Assembly (NCBI GenBank): GCA_963737905.1
Contig: CAVTUQ010000004.1
Span: forward strand, 128,001-192,000
Length of the DNA: 64,000 bases
Reading direction: 5' to 3'
Source of the DNA: an uncultured delta proteobacterium
GTDB taxonomy: Bacteria > Desulfobacterota > Binatia > UBA9968
Below the pieces are notes generated by a model. It did no database searches, had not been told where the DNA came from, and saw only the letters and a program-made list of their open reading frames with translations. The position numbers were made by a program, and so were the translations under genes. Below are positions 8,652-18,887 of this stretch, one piece after another (position 1 is the first letter of the stretch; the number at the start of each line of letters is the position of its first letter).

Positions 8652-9647
8652 CTAACTTTGTGACTTTCCAAAATAAGCGGCGCCCTGAAGCGCGGCCTGG
8701 TCGTTCAAAATAACTTGCACCGGCATGTCCGAAAGAAGCTCCTGGTAACGACCCTTGTCGAGGAAAGTGCGCATGAAGGTGCCATCTTCGAGCTTGGCGA
8801 GAATTTTCGGCGCGATGCCACCGCCGATATAAACACCGCCAGTGGCCTTGCCCCGCAGGGCTAGATTTCCCGCTTCGGCGCCGTAAACCGACACAAACAG
8901 ATCAAGCGCTTGCACGCAGATAGCGCTGCTCCCGGCCAAGCCCTCATGGGAAATAACAACGCTCATGTCCTCCGCCGCGGATATTTTCTGTTTCAGCCAG
9001 TCGGGCTCCTCGAGCCGACCGCTATCTCGAAGGAAATCGTAAATATGCGCGATTCCCGGTCCGGAAACCACCCGCTCATAACTCACATGACGGAATTTTT
9101 TGATCAGATGCCGGAGCAGCTCGATTTGAGTCTCATCGGTGGGGGCAAAATCACCGTGGCCGCCTTCCGAAGCAGACGGATGATAATCGCTGCCATCGTC
9201 GAACAGCATCGCCTCGCCCAAACCAGTGCCGGCAGCAATCAAGACTTTGTTTCCCCGTTGCCCACTCACCCCTTGGTTGAGAGTGTAGAGTTCCTGAGAC
9301 TCTAGAGTGAAAATGCCGTAGGCCGCGGCCTCCAAATCATTGAGCAAAGCTACGGAATCCAGTTTTAACCGCTCTGCAATATTAGCGGAATCCACCACCC
9401 ATGGAAGGTTGGGGGTTTTGACTTGGCCGCCCACCACGGGACCCGCAATACCGAAACAAGCGCGGCCGATGGAAACCCGCTGATCGGCGAGAAATTCTTC
9501 TACGACAGGTTCGAGCCCGGGATATTGCTTGCTGGGAAATGTTTTCTTGACTTCAGATTGAAGCTTCTCTCCCTGGACCGAAAAAAGCGCAAGGTGGGTC
9601 TTGGTCCCACCGATGTCCCCGGCGAGAATGAGCTTGTTGCCAGCCAC
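8652..9647 (-). CDS. glk: Glucokinase
   Basis: LAGDIGGTKT, LLNDLEA, GTGLG, SEGGH, YERVVSGPG, GGGIAPK. Confidence 0.95.
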   Translation of the reverse strand: MAGNKLILAGDIGGTKTHLALFSVQGEKLQSEVKKTFPSKQYPGLEPVVEEFLADQRVSIGRACFGIAGPVVGGQVKTPNLPWVVDSANIAERLKLDSVALLNDLEAAAYGIFTLESQELYTLNQGVSGQRGNKVLIAAGTGLGEAMLFDDGSDYHPSASEGGHGDFAPTDETQIELLRHLIKKFRHVSYERVVSGPGIAHIYDFLRDSGRLEEPDWLKQKISAAEDMSVVISHEGLAGSSAICVQALDLFVSVYGAEAGNLALRGKATGGVYIGGGIAPKILAKLEDGTFMRTFLDKGRYQELLSDMPVQVILNDQAALQGAAYFGKSQS

Positions 9648-9685
9648 GGTTTTCTAATCTTTGCTACAGTTTCAAGTGGTACGAC

Positions 9686-11233
9686 TCACGGGTGACGCCA
9701 GCGCCGCCCGTCGCGCTGCAGAAACTCATCGGCCTCTTTCGGCCCCCAGGAACCGGCTTCGTAGTTGGGAAAATTCGTCGGCTTCGTCCCATCCCAAGTC
9801 TTGATGATTGGATCCACCAGCGCCCAGGCTTCCTCCACCCAATCGTGGCGGGTATAAAGCGTAGAGTCACCCTCGATGCAATCCTCCAGTAAAGTTTCGT
9901 AAGCTTCTGGTGAACTGTTGCCGAAGGCCTGCTCATAATCGAAATCGAGACTAAGCGGACTGACACAGATATCCGGTCCGGGGGGCTTGACTTCGAATGT
10001 CAACGATACGCCTTCGTCGGGTTGAATCCGCATCACTAGCACATTGGGGCTGACGTCATCCACCGCCGCGCAGGAGCGGAACAATAGCAGCGGAGGCCGC
10101 TTGAATTGGATCGCAATCTCGGTCACCCGCTTGGCCAAGCGCTTGCCCGAGCGCAGGTAGAAGGGGACACCCTCCCAGCGCCAGTTGTCGACGAAAAATT
10201 TGATCGCCGCGTAGGTTGGAGTCGGCGAATCTTTGGCAACGTCCGGCTCTTCCCGATAGCCGACGCACCTCTTTGCCGCCGATCCTGCCGCTGCCGTACT
10301 GCCCCCTCACTGCAAATTCCGCCACTGTATCCGGAGTCACGGGGCGAACGGACCGAAGTAGCTTCCCTTTCTCGTCGCGGGTCGCTTCGGCGCCAAAGGC
10401 CACCGGCGGCTCCATGGCCGTAAGGCAAAGCAATTGCAGCAGGTGGTTTTGAAACATGTCCCGCACAACGCCGGACTTGTCATAGTAACCGCCCCGATTT
10501 TCCACTCCCACGGTTTCTGCCGCGGTAATCTGGACGTGATCGACGTAGCGCCGGTTCCAGATCGGCTCAAAGACGGCATTGGCGAAACGGAAAACCATGA
10601 TATTCTGCACCGTCTCTTTGCCGAGATAATGATCGATTCGGTAGATCTGTTTTTCATCGAGTACTTCATGCACTCTGCGGTTCAGTTCCCTCGCCGTCTC
10701 GAGGTCGGTACCGAAGGGCTTTTCGATGATCACTCGGGTACGCGGCTCACCATCGCTTTCCCGTGATGTCAATCCGACCGACGCAATTTGCTGGACGACC
10801 GAGCCGTACAGCTCAGGCGGCGTCGCCAGGTAGAAAACCCGACCGGTTGAACGCGGCTGCCGCGGTCGAACCCATCGATAAATTCCTTGAGCCTCTGGTA
10901 ACCCTCCAGACCATCGTAGCTTCCGGCCACATAATAGAGATTGGCCGCGAACTGCTGCCAAACCGATTCGTCCTTGAGACCGGTCCGAGAGAACTCGCTC
11001 ACCGCCTCGCGCAGTTTTTTTCGAAATTCTTCGTGGCTCATTTCGCTGCGGGCGTAGCCGACGACGGCAAAGCGCTCCGGCAAGCGTTTTTCAAGAGCAA
11101 GGTTGTACAGAGCCGGGATCAACTTCCGTTTGGTGAGGTCGCCGGAGGCGCCGAAGATAGTCAAGACACAGCCCTGGGGCCGCTTGCCTTGGCGTAAATC
11201 CGTCGTCGTATAGGCGTGAGGATCGATGGACAT
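9686..11233 (-). CDS. zwf: Glucose-6-phosphate 1-dehydrogenase, broken by two frameshifts (about 10845 and 10262)
   Basis: [25 protein letters not shown] and [15 protein letters not shown] motifs are spread over three overlapping ORFs in different frames. Confidence 0.92.
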
Positions 11234-11303
11234 AATTTCTTCTTTCCCTGGGGCCGCATTGCCTCCGCTAGCAATTTTAGCGCGTTTTCAGTGCCTCCCA
11301 GAT

Positions 11304-12431
11304 TCAAGCTTTCCGAGTCGGATCGGCGCCGATCATCGCGTTGCGCTTTTTTTCCAGTGCGCCGAGTAGCTGATCGAAAGACGCGGCAAAAGCGGTGACA
11401 CCGTCCTGCTGAAGCTTCTCGGTAATTGTGTCTAGATTGATGCCCAAAGCTTTCAATCGTCTCAGAACCGCCGCCGCGTCATCGAGACTGTCCCTCACGG
11501 TCTCTCCCGGCACCTGGCCATGATCTTTGAAAGCGTTGAGCGTCTCCGGCGGCAGTGTATTGACCGTGTCCGCGCCGATGAGGTGTTCAACGTAAAGAAC
11601 ATCTGAATAGGCGGGGTTCTTGGTGCCTGTGCTGGCCCACAGCGGTCTTTGAACGCGAGTGCCTCGCTGGCGCAGCGCGACAAACCCCTCGCCATGAAAA
11701 ATCTGGAGGAAACGCTGGTAAACCATCTTGGAATTAGCGATGGCGATCTTGCCGAGCAGGGTCTTTGCCTGCGCCTGTGCCGTTGCGAGACTCTCGAGGG
11801 CCCGATCCACCATGGTGTCCACCCGACTGACGAAGAAAGAAGCGACCGAAGCGACCTTCGATGGGTCTACGCAGCGCTCGAGGCCGCGAATGTACGCCCG
11901 CGCCACCGCTTCGTAATGACTCATGGAGAACATCAAAGTGATGTTGACATTTACGCCCTCGGCGATGAGCTCTTCGATGGCCGGAATTCCCTCGGGAGTC
12001 GCCGGGACTTTAATCATGACGTTGGGCCGGTCCACCGCAGCGCGCAAACGTTTGGCCTCGTTGATGGTGGCCTGGGTGTCATGGGCAAGATGCGGCGAGA
12101 CCTCGAAACTAACGTAACCGTCGGCGCCGCCGGTCTCGTCATAAACCGCGCGAAGAACATCCGCTGTCATCTGAATGTCCTCGATGGCAAGTCGTTCGTA
12201 GAGGTTCCCCACTTCCGCCTTTGGGTGCTTTGCCAGCAGCGCGCGCAGCGCGTCGTCGTAATCCGTGCTGCCGGCGATGGCCTTCTCAAAAATGGTTGGA
12301 TTGCTGGTGACGCCGTGAATGCCGTCTTCGTCCACTAGCCGTTTCAACTCGCCGGTGCGAATGAGATCGCGCCGAATATAATCCAGCCAAACGGACTGCC
12401 CTTGTGCGAGTAATTCTTTCAGAGGGTTCAT
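11304..12431 (-). CDS. tal: Transaldolase
   Basis: GQSVWLD, GVTSNPTIF, NVMIKVPAT, RPLWASTGTK. Confidence 0.95.
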   Translation of the reverse strand: MNPLKELLAQGQSVWLDYIRRDLIRTGELKRLVDEDGIHGVTSNPTIFEKAIAGSTDYDDALRALLAKHPKAEVGNLYERLAIEDIQMTADVLRAVYDETGGADGYVSFEVSPHLAHDTQATINEAKRLRAAVDRPNVMIKVPATPEGIPAIEELIAEGVNVNITLMFSMSHYEAVARAYIRGLERCVDPSKVASVASFFVSRVDTMVDRALESLATAQAQAKTLLGKIAIANSKMVYQRFLQIFHGEGFVALRQRGTRVQRPLWASTGTKNPAYSDVLYVEHLIGADTVNTLPPETLNAFKDHGQVPGETVRDSLDDAAAVLRRLKALGINLDTITEKLQQDGVTAFAASFDQLLGALEKKRNAMIGADPTRKA

Positions 12432-12443
12432 GACGTTTCTCCT

Positions 12444-12543
12444 TTACACCGATTTCCCATAGCGCTTCTCCAGCGTTTTAATTTTCGCCACACGACGAAG
12501 ATGGCGCTCTTCCGCCGTGATCCGCACCGACGGCGATGCGCAT
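12444..12543 (-). pseudogene. rpiB: Internally deleted ribose-5-phosphate isomerase B remnant
   Basis: ATG 12543 reads MRIAVGADHGG (RpiB N-terminus); the adjoining frame reads AEERHLRRVAKIKTLEKRYGKSV-TAA (RpiB C-terminal RH.RR..KI motif). Confidence 0.85.
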
Positions 12544-12545
12544 TT

Positions 12546-14597
12546 CTATTTCCCCAATAGCTTTGCGGCACGTTCCACGACGTGATCCACCGTGAAGCCG
12601 AGCTTTTCCATCACCACATTGCCCGGCGCCGAGGCGCCGAATCGCTCTATTCCAATAACGTCTCCACCGTCGCCGACGTAACGATGCCAGCCTTGCGGCA
12701 GAGCCGCTTCGACCACCAGCCGCGGTCGAATCGACGACGGCAAAACCGATTCGCGATACTCGCGGATCTGCAGATCGAACAGTTCCCAGCTTGGCATGGA
12801 AATCACGCGCGCCTGAATTTTTTGCTCCGCCAACTTTTGCCGCGCAGCTACGACCAGTGCCAATTCCGATCCGGTGCCGATCAAGACGAGATCGGGCTTA
12901 CCACCCGCCGCATCGGCCAAGACGTAGGCGCCCCGCCGGAGCCCCTCTGCCGGCGCGAATTCCTTCCGATCGAGAGTCGGAACGTTCTGTCGGGTCAATG
13001 CCAGCGCCACCGGCCGGTGGCGAGACTCGATGGCGACCTGCCATGCAACGGCCGTCTCATTTGCGTCACCTGGACGAATGACAATCAGCTGGGGGATGGC
13101 GCGGAGCGCCGCCAGTTGCTCGATGGGCTGATGGGTGGGGCCATCTTCACCGACCCCGATGCTATCGTGGGTGAAAACATAGATCACCCCCAGCTCCATC
13201 AGCGCCGCAAGCCGAATCGCCGGCCGCATATAGTCGGAGAACATCAGAAAGGTGGAACCAAAAGGGATGATGCCACCGTGGGCTGCCATCCCGTTGAGCG
13301 ACGCCGCCATGCCGTGCTCACGTACGCCGAAGTGCAGGTTGCGTCCGGCGTAGCTATATCCGCCGCCCGAGGAGCCCTGGCTGTGGGTAAAGTCTCTCTC
13401 AGAACTTTCAAAATCGCCGAGATTTTGCAGTACGGTAAACGTCGACGGATTCAAATCCGCCGAGCCGCCGATCAACGTCGGCAGCTTGGGCGCTATGGCG
13501 TTGAGAATTTTCCCGGACGCGGCGCGGGTGGCCAGTCCCTTGGCGTCGGCAGGGAAATCAGGAATCGCCGCATCCCAACCCTTCGGCAACTCGCCGTGCA
13601 TCACTTCTTCGAATTCTCGGGCCAGGTCAGGAAATTTTTGCGCATAATCAGAGAATCTCCGGTTCCATTCCGCCTCGCATTTTTCTCCCTTGCCGACGGA
13701 CTCGCGAAAACAGTTCAGGGCATCTTGGGGAACCCAAAAAGTCGGTTCCTCCGGCCAACCGAGCTTTTGTTTGGTTCGCTTCACTTCCTCTGCGCCCAGC
13801 GGTGAACCGTGGGCTTCGAAAGTGTCCTGCTTCCCTGGCGATCCGTAGCCGATGTGGGTGCGCACCAGAACCAGCGAGGGCCGCGCGGGTTCATCGCGTG
13901 CCGCTCGCAGCGCCCGGTCAATGGCCTCCACATCGTTTCCGTCTTCCACCTTTTGCGTGTGCCAGCCATAGGACTCGAACCGTTTGGCGCAATCTTCCGT
14001 GAAGGTGAGATCGGTGGAGGCCGCCAGCGAAATGTGGTTGTTGTCGTAGAGATAAATCAATTTGCCGAGCTTCAGATGACCGGCGATGCTGGCGGCTTCG
14101 GCGGCGACGCCTTCCATCAAGTCGCCGTCGCTGACGATCCCGCAGGTAAAGTGATCGACGATCTCGAACCCCGGACGGTTATAGCGGGCGGCCAGATAGG
14201 CCTCAGCGATGGCCATGCCGACCCCGTTGCCAAAGCCTTGACCCAGCGGTCCAGTCGTCGTCTCGACGCCCGGCGTCAACCCGCGCTCGGGGTGGCCGGG
14301 GGTGCGGCTCTCCCATTGGCGAAACCGCTGGATTTGCTCAAGCGGCAGATCGTAGCCCGTAAGATAAAGCATGCTGTAAACGAGCATCGACGCGTGACCC
14401 GCGGAAAGGACAAAGCGATCTCGATCGGGCCATAAGGGGTTGCGCGGGTTATATTTCATGAAGCGGGTCCATAAGACATAAGCCGTCGGCGCCAGTCCCA
14501 TGGGCGCCCCGGGATGGCCTGACTTCGCCTTCTCCACGGCATCCACGGAAAGCATGCGAATGGTATTGATACAGAGCTGATCGAGTGATTCGCTCAT
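12546..14597 (-). CDS. tkt: Transketolase
   Basis: [36 protein letters not shown]. Confidence 0.97.
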   Translation of the reverse strand: MSESLDQLCINTIRMLSVDAVEKAKSGHPGAPMGLAPTAYVLWTRFMKYNPRNPLWPDRDRFVLSAGHASMLVYSMLYLTGYDLPLEQIQRFRQWESRTPGHPERGLTPGVETTTGPLGQGFGNGVGMAIAEAYLAARYNRPGFEIVDHFTCGIVSDGDLMEGVAAEAASIAGHLKLGKLIYLYDNNHISLAASTDLTFTEDCAKRFESYGWHTQKVEDGNDVEAIDRALRAARDEPARPSLVLVRTHIGYGSPGKQDTFEAHGSPLGAEEVKRTKQKLGWPEEPTFWVPQDALNCFRESVGKGEKCEAEWNRRFSDYAQKFPDLAREFEEVMHGELPKGWDAAIPDFPADAKGLATRAASGKILNAIAPKLPTLIGGSADLNPSTFTVLQNLGDFESSERDFTHSQGSSGGGYSYAGRNLHFGVREHGMAASLNGMAAHGGIIPFGSTFLMFSDYMRPAIRLAALMELGVIYVFTHDSIGVGEDGPTHQPIEQLAALRAIPQLIVIRPGDANETAVAWQVAIESRHRPVALALTRQNVPTLDRKEFAPAEGLRRGAYVLADAAGGKPDLVLIGTGSELALVVAARQKLAEQKIQARVISMPSWELFDLQIREYRESVLPSSIRPRLVVEAALPQGWHRYVGDGGDVIGIERFGASAPGNVVMEKLGFTVDHVVERAAKLLGK

Positions 14598-14678
14598 AGA
14601 GATATTAGCTCCCTTTTTAGCCGCGGCTCATAATCGCCACCTGATGGCTCGGCTCTCGAAGCCCGGGCCGACCCGCGA

Positions 14679-16496
14679 TCAACTTCCCCTGGCCAAAACG
14701 CGGTCGAGATTGAAGGCCGCACTGATAAGACCTAAGTGGGTGAAGGCCTGCGGAAAATTACCCAACGTTTCGCCGCAGTGACCGATCTCTTCGGCGTAAA
14801 GTCCCACATGATTAGCATAACCAAGCATCTTGTCGAACATCAAGCGCGCCTCTTCGATTCGGCCGGCCCGCGTCAATGCTTCGACCAACCAGAAGCTGCA
14901 GATGCTGAAAGCGCCTTCAAACCCGCTGATGCCGTCTACCGGGTCATCATCGCTGAGCGAGTAGCGATGCACGAGGCTATCCATCGCCAAGCGATCCTGG
15001 ATCCGGTCCAAGGTCCGGATCATGCGCGGGTCGCTGGGCGAGACGAAAAAAACCAGCGGCATCAGCAGCAGGCTCGCATCCATCCGATCGGAGCCGTAGT
15101 ACTGCACGAAAGAATTGCAGCTCTGGTTCCACCCCTGTTCCATGATTTCGCAGTAGATCTGGTCCCGATTCTTTAACCAGCGCTCTTGATCGGCCGGAAA
15201 ACTTCGCTTGGCGGCGAGCCGCAGCCCGCGGTCGAGTGCCACCCAGCACATCAGCTTCGAGTAAACGAAATGACGCGGTTCGCCTCTTATTTCCCAGATC
15301 CCTTCATCCGGCCGGCGCCAGTTGTTGCAAACGTAATCGAGCAGTCGCTCGAGATTACGCCATAAATCATAGGCGATGGGCGCGCCATATTTATTATAGA
15401 GGTATACCGAATCCAGCAGCGCCCCATAGATGTCCAGTTGCGACTGCCGGTAAGCTCCATTGCCGACACGCACCGGCTTTGAGTTTTTGTAACCTTTCAA
15501 GTGGGGCAGACTCTCCTCGGTGAGTTGGGAATGGCCGTCAATAGCATACATCGGCTGCAAAGAACCATCCGGATTAAGCTGCCGGCATCTCTCTTCCAGC
15601 CAATCCATGAAATGGCCCGCCTCCTCATGAAAACCGAGTCTCATAAGGGCGTATACAGTAAAACTCGCATCTCGCATCCAGCAAAAGCGATAATCCCAGT
15701 TGCGAACGCCGCCCACCCCCTCGGGTAAACTGGTCGTGGGGGCCGCGACAATAGCGCCGGTGGGCGCATAGGTGAGCAGCTTCAGGACGAGGGCGGAGCG
15801 ATGCACCATCTCCCGCCAGCGCCCGGTATATCGGCTCTGAGACAGCCAGCGCTTCCAGAAATCAATGGTCTCGCGAAAGGCGGTCTCCCCGGTTTTCTCG
15901 GGAATCAGCAGATTGGCCTCGCTTCCCCGATCGGCTTGACGGAGAAAAAATGTTGCCGTGTTGCCGCGGGGAAGAGAAAACTCCGCAACCACGCCCGTGC
16001 CTTCGATGGTGAGCGGCACCGGCGAGGCCAATCCGACGGACGCGGAAGGGCTGACAAATGTGGCACCTTGAGGAAACGGATGAATCTCGTGCTTATCGCG
16101 GGCATAATTGAAAGCCGGAAAGCATTCCAAGCGAAAACGCACGTGCCCTGCTACCGTGCTGACCCGCCGAATGATCTGATGATAGTTCGGTGGAGCGTAG
16201 ACGAGGCTGCGTCCCTCGATGGGCATGAAATCGATGAGTTCGGCAATCCCCTCGGCACAATAGAACCGGGTAATGAGAACGTTCGTATCCGGCAAGTAAA
16301 GCTGCTTGCAGCGCTCCGGGGATACCGCAGTGATTTTGAAATATCCGCCCTTTTCATCGTCCAGGATGGTGGCAAAGACGCTGGGTGAATCAAAGTGCGG
16401 CAGACAGCACCAATCGATGGAGCCATCGAGACCCACCAGCGCCACGGTATGGAGATCACCGATGACGCCGTAGTCTTCAATAGCCTTATAAGCCAC
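14679..16496 (-). CDS. Glycoside hydrolase family 15 (glucoamylase/trehalase-like)
   Basis: [32 protein letters not shown]. Confidence 0.93.
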   Translation of the reverse strand: MAYKAIEDYGVIGDLHTVALVGLDGSIDWCCLPHFDSPSVFATILDDEKGGYFKITAVSPERCKQLYLPDTNVLITRFYCAEGIAELIDFMPIEGRSLVYAPPNYHQIIRRVSTVAGHVRFRLECFPAFNYARDKHEIHPFPQGATFVSPSASVGLASPVPLTIEGTGVVAEFSLPRGNTATFFLRQADRGSEANLLIPEKTGETAFRETIDFWKRWLSQSRYTGRWREMVHRSALVLKLLTYAPTGAIVAAPTTSLPEGVGGVRNWDYRFCWMRDASFTVYALMRLGFHEEAGHFMDWLEERCRQLNPDGSLQPMYAIDGHSQLTEESLPHLKGYKNSKPVRVGNGAYRQSQLDIYGALLDSVYLYNKYGAPIAYDLWRNLERLLDYVCNNWRRPDEGIWEIRGEPRHFVYSKLMCWVALDRGLRLAAKRSFPADQERWLKNRDQIYCEIMEQGWNQSCNSFVQYYGSDRMDASLLLMPLVFFVSPSDPRMIRTLDRIQDRLAMDSLVHRYSLSDDDPVDGISGFEGAFSICSFWLVEALTRAGRIEEARLMFDKMLGYANHVGLYAEEIGHCGETLGNFPQAFTHLGLISAAFNLDRVLARGS

Positions 16497-16614
16497 TTCT
16501 ATTCTCTCTTACCAGATCAAACACACTGCCATAACTGGTGGGGCGATGGGGAGCTTTTAATTTAATGTTAACACAATTAAGGCGGGCTGCCAGTCGCGGG
16601 AGCAAAATTCCAGC

Positions 16615-17316
16615 TCAGTCTACGACACCGGGCATTTTTTTCAGTCCCAAGCGTTGCATCATTAGCAGAGTATTTGGCATTGCCTTCTTAAGTGCAGTGT
16701 CCGCAACAGAATCCAGGTAAGTCAAATCATCCGGCGTATCGATATCGAACCAGGGGGCAAGAAGATGATAGTCAATTTTCAAGGAGGCGAGCTTGTTCTG
16801 GGTATCCGTTAAAACTTTACTGTGGCTCCAGCTCATCCCCTCGAAAATTTGCGGCGTCGGGTGGTTGCAACCCACTAGATAGTAACCGCCGTCGCGGCTC
16901 GGTCCCAGCACAACGCGGTTCTCTGATGCTTCCAGAAAGGCGTAAGCCTCACCAAAAAAGTTGAGCGGAACGGGTGGCAAATCACCGCCAATGAGTACAA
17001 TGTTCTTGTGGCCCATCCGAGACAGTCTTTCGAAAACCGCAGCCATACGGGCACCGAGGTCGTCGCCTTGCTGCGGAAACAGGCGAAAGCGAGCCGGCGC
17101 GAGTTGCGCCATCAAGAGCTGCGTGTCGTCGGGCGCAAAGGCGAGATAAAAATCGGCCGTGTCCAATTTTTGAAGGTGATTTAACTGATCGACGAGGAGA
17201 GAGCGGGAGAATTCCATCGCTTCTTCAGCAGTGAAAGTCGGCTGCAAACGGGTCTTGACCTGACCGGCTAGAGGAGCCTTGGCCAATACCACAAGGGCGT
17301 TAGCGCGTATCGCCAT
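16615..17316 (-). CDS. DUF2064/CofC-like transferase (TIGR04282-type, associated with arsenosugar/rSAM clusters)
   Basis: AKAP..G.VKTRL, Q.GDDLG.RM, LGPS.DGGYYL, DIDT.DDL. Confidence 0.88.
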   Translation of the reverse strand: MAIRANALVVLAKAPLAGQVKTRLQPTFTAEEAMEFSRSLLVDQLNHLQKLDTADFYLAFAPDDTQLLMAQLAPARFRLFPQQGDDLGARMAAVFERLSRMGHKNIVLIGGDLPPVPLNFFGEAYAFLEASENRVVLGPSRDGGYYLVGCNHPTPQIFEGMSWSHSKVLTDTQNKLASLKIDYHLLAPWFDIDTPDDLTYLDSVADTALKKAMPNTLLMMQRLGLKKMPGVVD

Positions 17317-17977
17317 AGTATCGTGTTAGACGAATCGGAGAAATGCCGGCGAGATAAAGCGACTTGAGCAGCCACATCTTCAATAACGTGCGCCATACCC
17401 CCTCTTTCTCCCAGCGCCGCGCCGAAGTAACTACGCGGCTCCGCAGACAGGCGACCGCGCCTCTGCGTTTGAGCGCCCGCGAGAAGGCGATGTCTTCCAT
17501 TAGAGGAATGTCAGGGTAGCCGCCCAGTTCTGCAAAAACCTCGCGTCGCACAAAGATCGCCTGGTCGCCGGTGGCGACTTTCGAAATCCGCGAGCGCAAG
17601 CTGATCATGAAGCCAATCAGTTTGAGCATGGGTCGCACAGCGTCTAGTTGAAGATCGAAACGACCACCGACAACCCTCTGATCCTCCAACGCCGAACGAA
17701 TATCGTCGAAAGCGGACGGCGGAAGCCGGGTGTCCGCATGAAGAAATAGCAGCACGTCGCCGGTCCCGCGTTGCGCGCCGAAGTTCATCTGTCGCGCCCG
17801 CGCCTTTGGCGTCGCGTAAAGTTCCACGCCGAATTTCCGGCAAACTTCCCGGGTGCCATCGCTGCTCCCGCCGTCAACCACAATCAGCTCGTCAGGCTTT
17901 AGCCGCTCAAGCCCCCGCAACGTCGCAGCGATGCTCTTCACTTCATTGAATACAGGAATAATGACGCTAATCCGCAT
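17300..17977 (-). CDS. GT2 glycosyltransferase (TIGR04283-type)
   Basis: ISVIIP.FNE, VDGGS.DGT, RARQMN.GA, LFLHADT, GDQAIF, PLMED, TSARRW. Confidence 0.9.
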   Translation of the reverse strand: MRISVIIPVFNEVKSIAATLRGLERLKPDELIVVDGGSSDGTREVCRKFGVELYATPKARARQMNFGAQRGTGDVLLFLHADTRLPPSAFDDIRSALEDQRVVGGRFDLQLDAVRPMLKLIGFMISLRSRISKVATGDQAIFVRREVFAELGGYPDIPLMEDIAFSRALKRRGAVACLRSRVVTSARRWEKEGVWRTLLKMWLLKSLYLAGISPIRLTRYYGDTR

Positions 17978-17998
17978 GGATTGCCTTGCGCAAGCCCA

Positions 17999-18853
17999 TT
18001 AGGGTTGCGGCTTAGGCTCCGCGTCGTTCAGGCGCCAATCGTAGTCGTGTTCCAGGCCGCCGCTGTAATTTTGCAAAGCATCCGCCAGCCCCTTGTTGGC
18101 ATATTTCGCCCAATGCTCCATCAATCCTTCGGCGCTGCCGCCAAAATCTTCTTGAAACCAAATATAGATGCTCGACACCTTGAGTTTGCCGCTTTGCAGC
18201 GAAACACCGCGGGGGTGATTGATGTATTCCCCGGCGCCTCGCTCCAGCAAGGAATCGGTATTTTCTGCCGTAAAAGCCACCGGCTGCAAGTTCGGGCAAC
18301 CTAAGCTAGCGCAATTGACCGCGTAATGAATCCGATGGTCTTTCCAGATCGGTCTAAGAATACGGTGCTCGATGTCATCCAACGCCAGTTTTTCACCTTC
18401 CACAGTCATCAGTTTGGCACCCCATGGACCGCTCGAAAACAAGCCAGGCGAGATGTTGATGTCGCGAATCGATTTTACCGGAAAGCGGGTCAGAATGAGC
18501 TCCACCGTCTTGGCGTTGTAGAGATTGATCCAATAGGCTCTTTGCTCCGCCCGACTATAGCCGGTGACGGCAACCCTCTCCAGACTCTTGACGTAATTGG
18601 CCAGTGCTGTGCGATCTTCCGGCGCCACCCTGGCATAATCGACCCGGTTGATCCCTGAAGGGTGAGGCGCCACGATATATTTTTTCAGGAACGCGTCCCA
18701 AGCGCTATGATCGACTTTTTGATTGTTCGCCGGATCACTCTTGTCCCAGCGCGGCCAGAGATCGGCCTTCGATGCAGCGCCGGCTAGTTGCGCAACGAGC
18801 AACAGTGCAGGGCTCACAACGGTCAAAAACGGCCATCGACAAAAGTGTTTCAT
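17999..18853 (-). CDS. DUF547 domain secreted protein
   Basis: AYWINLYNA, LDDIEH.ILR, RIHYAVNCASLGCP, YDW.LN. Confidence 0.9.
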   Translation of the reverse strand: MKHFCRWPFLTVVSPALLLVAQLAGAASKADLWPRWDKSDPANNQKVDHSAWDAFLKKYIVAPHPSGINRVDYARVAPEDRTALANYVKSLERVAVTGYSRAEQRAYWINLYNAKTVELILTRFPVKSIRDINISPGLFSSGPWGAKLMTVEGEKLALDDIEHRILRPIWKDHRIHYAVNCASLGCPNLQPVAFTAENTDSLLERGAGEYINHPRGVSLQSGKLKVSSIYIWFQEDFGGSAEGLMEHWAKYANKGLADALQNYSGGLEHDYDWRLNDAEPKPQP

Positions 18854-18887
18854 GTTGTCTCTGAGACACTCCCATTAGGAAATGTTT

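Noticed and set aside
9686-11233. Programmed frameshifting or true pseudogene status of zwf and other split genes
   Set aside because: No canonical slippery sites were recognised, and the window-wide indel pattern points to sequencing error.
12582-13805. Long antisense ORF (407 aa) and similar shadow ORFs throughout the track
   Set aside because: They mirror well-supported genes on the opposite strand in GC-rich DNA and contain no recognisable motifs.
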